Assembly (NCBI RefSeq): GCF_018350175.1
Contig: NC_058369.1
Span: 17,982,001 to 18,046,000, forward strand
Direction of reading: 5' to 3'
Length of the DNA stretch: 64,000 nucleotides
Source of the DNA: Felis catus
Lineage: Eukaryota
The position numbers and the translations under genes are program-made. The notes below the pieces were generated by a model. That model saw only the letters and a program-made list of their open reading frames with translations, did not search any database and was not told the origin of the DNA. Position 1 is the stretch's first letter, and every line of letters starts with the position of its first letter. Of this stretch, positions 55,581 to 64,000 are shown piece by piece.

Positions 55581-55616
55581 CTGATACTCGCCGATCAAAT
55601 CTGCCAGGAATTGGGA
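55581..55616 (-). CDS. PRKAR2A: PRKAR2A coding exon 2 (36 nt): hinge/autoinhibitory site, (V)PIPGRFDRRVS
   Basis: Minus strand reads ttgcag|TCCCAATTCCTGGCAGATTTGATCGGCGAGTATCAG|gtatgt. It contains the RRxS substrate site typical of type II R subunits. Phase 1-1. Not in the ORF track. Confidence 0.96.
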
Positions 55617-57769
55617 CTGCAAAACAAAGAAGAAGCAATGTTCAGGCATCATTATGTCACATGACCCCACCTTAACAATAGAACTAAAAGCACTTTAATA
55701 CCAAATGTTGGGTCAATTCATACTCTTCTATAATCAACCACAGAGAGTAGTTCAACATGATCATATAAAGACAATATAAAGAAGAATTTATCTTTTTGAA
55801 AACAAGCTCATTATAACTTCAATGTACTCAAGGTGGCAAATTTATTTGTTTACATTCATGTTCATCTAATTTGTATCATATTGGGGCACCTGGGTGGCTC
55901 AGTCGGTTAAGCATCCAACTCTGGATTTCAGCTCAGGCCATGATCTCATGGTTCATGAATTTGAGTCCCACATCTGGCTCTGCACTGGCAGTGTGGAGAC
56001 GGCTTGGGATTGTCTCTCTCTCCCTCTCTCTCTTTCAAAGTAAATAAGTAAACTTAAAAATTGTCTTAAAAATAATAATTTGTATCATATCAAATGAATA
56101 AGAAGCCTACTGGGGCACCTGGGTGGCTCAGTCGGTTAAGCATCTGACTTCAGCTCAGGTCATGATCTCACAGTTCGTCAGTTCAAGCCCCGCGTCAGGC
56201 TCTGTGCTGACAGATCAGAGCCTGGATCCTGCTTTGGATTCTGTGTCTCCCTCTCTCTCTGTCCCTCCCCTGCTCATGCTCTCTCTCTGTCTCACAAAAA
56301 TAAATAAAATGTTAAAAATTTTTAAAAATCTACTAAATTTATTGGTAATGATATTAAAAAGTTAAATTTTCTTCTTTAATATTCTTCAAAGATAATCCCA
56401 AGACTGCCAGATAATAGCATTTAAATTTCATTTCAAAACAATTTAATAAGTTTTACACTAAAGTGAAAAAGAAATTAGCTGTTAAGTTATATTCTCACTC
56501 AATACGGGTAGGTTTTTTCCTGCCCATGGTCAGTGTATTAATCAGAAAAATGTACCACATGTCTTTAGGTTGAAAAATAAACACAAATTTTCTCTTTGCT
56601 AATTTTTCCTGCTTTTTACCTATCATTCCTTATGTTTGGTGGTTATCTAAATTCTCAGTACTAAACTATATCATTTGAATAATGTAGGGTTTTTTTTGTT
56701 TGTTTTTTAAGATTTTTTTTAAAGGAAACTCCACCCAATGCGGGACTAGAACTCATGACCCCAAGATCAAGAGTCACATGCTTTACCAACCGAGCCAGCC
56801 AAGTTCCCCAAGGTGGGTTTTTTGTTTTTTTTTTAACTTTCAGAGCTTAATCTGATTATCTTAATTTAAAAAATTATGTAAATATCCCTTCTCACCCTCC
56901 ATAAAAGGAGAAATTTGAAGATTAGTGAAAAATAAATTGAAGGTGGCTCAGAGAGCCAAACTCAACTAATATGAGGCCTCAACAAAAATAGACTCAGGAA
57001 AGAGACAAATGCTTATTCACCACAACAGAACAAGAATTATCTTTTTGTATAGCTTGGGGTAAAAGTTATGTTATTGGAACAAACAGGTAAAATTTCAAAA
57101 GAAAACCCAAGCCATTATTGATAGAAAGTACCTATGATAGTCCTTTCCCACTTCCTCAGTGAAACTGTGGATTTGTCAAAATTAATGCACCCACCAGCAA
57201 AGAAAGATGGTAAATTCAGTTCAACAGATATAGGTAGGGTACCTAGTACATGACAAGCACTGTTAGTAGACAATTTGGGAGACAGTAGTAGATAAAACAA
57301 AGACTCCTGGTTTCATGAAACGTGCACTCTAGCTTGAGATGTGTGGGAGAGTTTCCTTCAATCACTTAAATCACACATTCCTGTCACTCAAATAGATTAG
57401 ATGAAATGTGTAAGAGCTTACACTCTCAATCCAGGCCTCATGGGACTTCCATAATTAAAACCCCACTAAACATCAGTATATAACCTAAAATTATAAAACA
57501 TACAATGAAACAATTTGGCATGGGTGCTATCAGGGAGTATCTCAAAAAAGGATTAGATATTAAAATTATGGAACTACTATAAAATCAGAACAGAATGTTG
57601 AAAACAAAGACAAAAATGGGAATCAAAGCATAAATAAAGGAATAAGATACAACCAAAACAAAGCAAGGAGGATTGAAAAAAATTTGGAATTTCTAGGAAA
57701 AAAAATAACACATTGAAATTTTTAAAAACTATGATGCAAGGCAACTTCTCTGGTACATAACATCTAAAA

Positions 57770-58863
57770 GTGCTGGAAATTGTAAAACATCACTACCAAC
57801 AACTTACTACAATAATACTGATGTAAATATACAGATGTAAATCGCAAGGAAAATCAGAAAATATCTGGAGATAAATGAAAACAAAAACAATATACTAAAA
57901 CTTATGGGTGTACTAAAAGTGCGAAGAGGGAAATTTGTGGCTATAAATGCTTATGTTCAAAAAGAAGAGGAGTGCCTGGGTGGCTCAGTCGATTAAGCGT
58001 CCAACTTCAGCTCAGGTCATGATCCCATGGTTTGTGGGTTCGAGCCCCACGTCGGGCTCTGTGCTGACAGCTCGGAGCCTGGAGCCTGCTTCAGATTCTG
58101 TGTCTCCCTCTCTCTCTGCCCTTCCCCGCTTGCACTCTGTCTCTCTCTCTCTCCCTCTCAAAAATAAATAAACATTTTAAAAAATTTTTTAAAAAGAAAA
58201 AAAGAAAGAAAAAGAAGAAAAATCTCAAATTAATAAGCTAATTGTATACCTTAAGGAAGTAGGGGGAAAAAGGGCAAACTGAACCCTAAAGCAGCAGAAA
58301 TAAGGAAATTCAGAGTGGAGAGAAACTAAAATAAAGCATAGGAAAAAAAAATCAGTGAAACTGAAAGTTGATTCTTTGAAAAGATCAACAAAATCAATAA
58401 GCTGCTGATTGACTTAGACTAAGAAAAAAGAAGAGTTAAATTACTAAAATTAAAGTGGGGATACTACAATGGAATACACAGAAATAAAAAGGATTATGAT
58501 ACTCTGAAAATAGTATGCCAACAAACTGAATAACCTAGATGAAATAGAGGAAATAGACAAATTTCTAGAAATACACAAACTTCCAAAACTTACACAAAAG
58601 GAATAGAAAAATCCCAACAATCTGTAACAAATAGGGGGATGAAACTGGTAATCAAAAATCTCCTGACAGGGGCGCCTGGATGACTCGGTTGAGGATCAGA
58701 CTCTTAATTTCGTTTGGCTCAGGTCATGAGTTCATGAGTTCAAGCCCTGTATGGGGCTCGGAGTGTGGAACCTACTTAAGATTCTCTGTCTCTGTCTCTG
58801 TCTCTCCCTCCTTCCCTCCCTCCCTCTCCCTCTGTTCCTTCCCCTGCTCACTTGTTCTCCTTC

Positions 58864-58905
<42 letters not shown>

Positions 58906-59169
58906 GAACAGAGAAAAGCCCAAGACTAGATGGCTTCATTGTACATTCTACTAAACATTTAAAGAATTAACATCAACCCCTGTTATACTCATCCAAAAAA
59001 ATCAAAGATAAGGGAATACTTCCTAACTCATTTTATTTTTTTCAGTTTTTAAAAAACTTTTCATTTTATTTTTTATTTTATTTTAGATAGAGAAAGAACA
59101 AACACGTTGGGGAGAGGGGGAGGGAGGGAGGGAGGGAGAGAGGGAGAGGGAGAGGGAGAGGGAGAGGGA

Positions 59170-59213
<44 letters not shown>

Positions 59214-61884
59214 CCTAAGCAGGCTCCAAGCTCAGCACAGAGCCTGACAAAGGGCTCAATCTCACAACCCTGAGATCATGACCTGAGCTGAAATCAAAAG
59301 TCAGACGCTCAACCAACTGAGCCACCCAGGTGCCCCCTGAACTCATTTTGTAAGGCCAGCATTACCTTGATACTAAAGACAGACAAAGGCATTGCAAGTA
59401 AACAAAATATTCATTATGAATATAGACATAAAAAAATCCTCAAAATTCTCAAAAAAATAGTACCTAGCAACATATTAAAGTGATTATACACCATGACCAA
59501 GTGGGATTTATCCCAGGAATGCAAGGGTGGCTCAAAATAAAGAATGTCAAGCAAAATACACCACATTAATGGAATGAAGAGGTGGGGAGGGGCAACTACA
59601 TCAGCATCTCAATGATGCAGAACAAGCATTTGACAAAATGACACTCTTTCATGTAAAAAATAAAGGAGAATATAAGGGAATTTCCTCAACATGAAAAAGG
59701 CACATATGAAAAACCCACAGCTAACACCAACTCAATGGTAAAAGACTGAAGGTTTCTCCCTAAGATCAGGAACAAGACAGGATGCCTGCTTCTGCCATTT
59801 CTATTCAACATATTACTGAAAGCTCTGGCCATAACAATTAGGAAATAAAAAGAAATAAAAGGCATCCAAATTAGAAAGGAAAAAGTAAAATTATCTGCTT
59901 GTGGAATGACATGATCTTCTATGTAGAAAACCTTGAAGAATCCACACACACACAAAAAGTTAGACTTAATAAATGAATACAGCAAAGTTGCAGGATATAA
60001 AATCAACATGCAAGAGGTGCTTGGGTGACTCAGTTGGTTAAACCTCCCACTGGCTCAGGTCATGATCTCACAGTTCGTGAGTTCAAGGCCCACATCAGGC
60101 TCTCTGCTGTCCACACAGAGCCCACTTCAGATCTTCCCTCTCCCTCTCTATCCCTCCCCTGGTCACACATGTGCATGCTCTGTCCCTCTCTCTCTTTTTC
60201 TCTCTCTCTCCCAAAAATAAATGTTAAGAAAAATCAACACCCAAAATTGTATTTCTATACAACTGCAATGAACAATCCAAAAAGAAAATATTTTTAAAAC
60301 TCCATTCATAACAGCATCAAAAAGAATAAAATATTTAGGAATGAATTTAACCAAGGAGGTGAAAGATTTATACACTGAAAACTACAAAACATTACTAAAA
60401 GAAATTAAAGGAGACATAAATAAACCTTTTGCATTATATATCAAATCATCATGTTGTACACTTTAAATATCTTAAAAAAATTTTTTTAACGTTTATTTAT
60501 TTTTGAGACAGAGAGAGACAGCATGAACGGGGGAGGGTCAGAGACAGAGGGAGACACAGAACCCAAAACAGGCTCCAGGCTCTGAGCGGTCAGCACAGAG
60601 CCTGACGCGGGGCTCGAACCCATGGACCGCGAGGTCATGGCCTGAGCCGAAGACGGACGCTTAACTGACTGAGCCACCCAGGCGCCCCTAAATATCTTTA
60701 AATATTTGTCCATTGTACCTAAATGAAGCCTGAGAAATAAAGACAGAAATAAATGGAAAGCCATCCCATATTAAAGGACTAAAAGACATAATATTGTTAA
60801 GATGACAATACTATCCAAAGTAATCTACAGATTCAATGCAATCTCTATTAAAATTCCAATGGTGGCTTTTTTTTTATAGGAATGATAAAATCCATCCTAA
60901 AATTCGTGTAGAATCTCAAAGGATCCCAAGTACCCCACTATTCTTGAAAAAGATAAAGTTGGAGGACTCATACTTGATTTCAAAACTTACTACAAAGCTA
61001 CAGTAATCAAAACAATATGGTATTGTCATAGGGATAGAAATATAGACCAGACCCATGGAATAGAGAACCCAGAACTAAACCCTTCATATACGTGGTGAAT
61101 TGATTTTCAATAAAAGTGCCAAAATCACCCAAGGGGGAAAGGATAGTCTTTTCAACAAATGGTGTTGGGAAAATTGGATCTCCACCTGCAAAAAAAATGA
61201 AGCTGGACTCTTACCTTTTTCACCATATATAAAAATGAACTCAAAATGGACCAAAGACATAAAACTAAAATTATAAAACTCTTAGATGAAAACACAGGAA
61301 AATCTTGATGACACTGGAGTTAGCGATGTTTTCTTGGCTATAACATCAAAAGCATAGGTACAAAAAAAGAAATTAATAAACTGGACTACTTCAAAATGAA
61401 AAACTTCTGTGTATCAAAAGATACAACAGGAGTACATGGGTGGTTCAGTCAGTTAAGCGTCTCTTGATTTCAGCTCATTTCATGGTTTTTGAGTTCAAGC
61501 CCTGCTTCAGACTCTGTGCTGACAGAGTGTAGAGCCTGCTTGGGATTTTCTCCCTCTGCCCCTCCCCACCCCAGCTCTCGAGCTTGCATGCTCTCTCCCA
61601 AAATAAATAAATTAAAAAAAAAAGACACAATGAAGTGAAATGGCAACCCATGGAATGGGAGAAAGTATTTTCAAATAATGTATCTATTACATCCAGAATA
61701 AAGAATTCCTACCACTCAAAAAAACAACAAAAACCAATATGTACAAATGACAGATAACCACATGAAAAGATACTCAATACTACTAATCAATAGAGAAATG
61801 CAAATGAAAATCACAATGAGATACCAATTCACACCTTTTAAAGATGGCTACTATTAAACACTTTTTAAAAAATACTTATTTAAT

Positions 61885-61932
<48 letters not shown>

Positions 61933-63146
61933 TGGGAAAGTTGTGGGGAGAGAGAAAGAGAGAGAGAGAGACACTGAATCCAAAGCAGGCTCCAGGGTCT
62001 GAGCTGTCAGCACAGAGACTGAGGGGAAGGCTGGAACCCAGGCACCCCTAAAGATGGCTACTATTTAAAAAAAAAAAAAGCAAACAAACAAACAAACAAA
62101 CAAACAAAACAAGAGCAGGGGTGCCTGGGTGGCTCAGTTGGCTAAGAGTCTGACATCCGCTCAGGTCATGATCTCGTGGTTTGGGAGTTTGAGGCCAGTG
62201 TCCCAGGCTCTGTGCTCACAACTCAGAGCTTGGAGCCTGGAGCCTGCTTCGGATTCTGTTCTCCCTCTCCCTCTGCCCCTTTCCTGCTCATGCTCTGTCT
62301 CTCTCAAAAATAAATAAACATTAAAAAACAAAACAAAACAAAACAAGAACAGATAATAAGGGCGGCAAGAATGTGAAGAAATTGGAATCCTTTTGCATTC
62401 TTGGCCACAATGTGAAATGGTGCAGCTGCTGTGTAAAACAGTATGGCTGCTCCTCAAAGATTAAAAACGAATTACCATACGATCCAGCAATTCTACTTCT
62501 GGGTATGTATCCAAAAGAACTGAAAGCAGGGTCTCAAAGAGATATTATAGTACACCCACATACATAGCCAAAAGGTGGAAGCAACCCAAGTATCCATCAA
62601 TGGATGAAAAGATAAACAAAATGTGGTATACATACAATGGGATATTATTCAGCCTTTAAAAGGAAGGAAATTCTGAAACTTGCTATAAGATTCTACGAAT
62701 GAATCTTGAAGACATTATGCTAAATAAAGTCAGTTATAAAAAAGACAAATCTTGTTATGATTCCACTTATATGAGGTACCTAGAATAGTCAAATTCATAG
62801 AAATAGCGAGAATAGCAGTTGCTAAGGGGGAGGGGAGAGGGAGGAGTTATTATTTAATGGGTACAGAGTTTCAGTTTTGCAATACCCAAAGATGTCTAGA
62901 GATAGATGGTGGTGATTGTTATGAATGTACTTAATGGCAGTGAATTACTTTAAAAAGGTAAATTTGGGGGCACCTGGGTGGGTCAGTCATTTGAGGGACT
63001 GACTCTGGATTTTGGCTTGGGTTATGGTACCAGGGTTGTGGTACCAGGGTTGCGCCCTGTGCTGGGCTCTGTGCTGAGTGTGGAACCTGCTTAAGATTCT
63101 CTCTTTTTCTGTCCCTCTCCCCTGCTTGCACTTGCCCTTCTCTCTC

Positions 63147-63177
<31 letters not shown>

Positions 63178-63400
63178 GGTAAATTTAGGTTCTGTGTATC
63201 TGTCTACAATTTTTAAAAATGTAAATACGTGTAAAGCAAAAAATGACATTATAATGTATATGTGTGTGTACACGTGTGCATGTGTATATAAAGAGGAAGT
63301 AAGAGAGAAAGCAAAGCATGGCAAAACATTAACAAGCAGTCAATCTAGGAGTTCACTTGCTCTTTCAATTTTTCAGTAGGGTTGCAATTTTTTCTAATAA
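57770..63400 (+). mobile_element. Long old L1 (L1MA/MB-like) ORF2 plus 3' UTR, interrupted by about nine SINEs
   Basis: Collinear ORF2 motifs: ttctttgaaaagatcaacaaaat, atcccaggaatgcaagggtgg, ttcaacaaatggtgttggg, ccatacgatccagcaatt. Confidence 0.9.
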
Positions 63401-63849
63401 ATATTTAAAAATTAATCTCAATGTAGCCCCTCAAATCAAACATGATAGACTTTCATTTTTTATCATTTAATTTTTATTCTGTTGTCAAATCATGTGTCTG
63501 TATAACCAATTCAAAGTAAATTAAATGCATGCATAGTCTTTTTTTCTTTTGAATTTTTAAATTTCTATCATCTCTATTAAAGTATATGTATATTTATGTT
63601 AAATTTATATAAAACTTATGTTTACAGTTTATCTGTACATGTACTTATTTTATTTTGTCTAATGTTTATTTATTTTGAGAGAGCATGAAAATGAGTGGGG
63701 GAGGGACAGAGAGAGAGAGGGAGAGAGAATCCCAACCAGGTTCTGTGCTGTGTGGAGCCTGATGTGGGGCTTGATCTCATAAACCATGAGATCATGACCT
63801 AAACCGAAACCAAGAGTCAGATGCTTAACTAAGCCACCCAGGCACCCCT

Positions 63850-64000
63850 TATTTAATTTTTTTTATTTGAATATTGTTGACCTGTTACATTAGTTTCAGG
63901 TATACAACATAGTAATTCAACTTCTCTATACATTATGCTATGCTCATAAGTGTAGCCTACCATCTGTCACCATTCAATGCTATTAGAATATCATTGAGTA
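63850..64000 (-). mobile_element. L1 3' end running off the window
   Basis: gttacattagtttcaggtatacaacatagtaattcaac motif after a T-rich tail. Confidence 0.7.

Overview
Mammalian (felid, most likely cat-lineage) genomic DNA. The taxon call rests on about 65 (manual count) carnivore tRNA-derived Can-SINEs with felid-type sequence plus carnivore-type L1 3' ends. The window holds the 3' part of PRKAR2A (PKA type II-alpha regulatory subunit) on the minus strand. Ten coding exons (orthologous exons 2-11, 953 coding nt, 55616 down to the TAG at 6674-6676) were located by hand, all with GT-AG boundaries and a continuous reading frame. Exon 1 (dimerisation/docking domain) lies beyond the right edge. 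A long SINE-free 3' UTR follows the stop, with its best poly(A) signal at 2915-2920. The introns are mostly transposon debris: Can-SINEs, L1, L2, MIR, MaLR/ERVL LTRs, hAT MERs and microsatellites. Nearly all ORFs in the supplied track are artefacts of these repeats. I found no convincing new biological system. The points worth following up concern PRKAR2A isoform potential and retrotransposon behaviour: a near-abutting inverted SINE pair, target-site reuse, very young insertions and nested insertions. Repeat family names come from pattern recognition, not a database search, and repeat coordinates are approximate.
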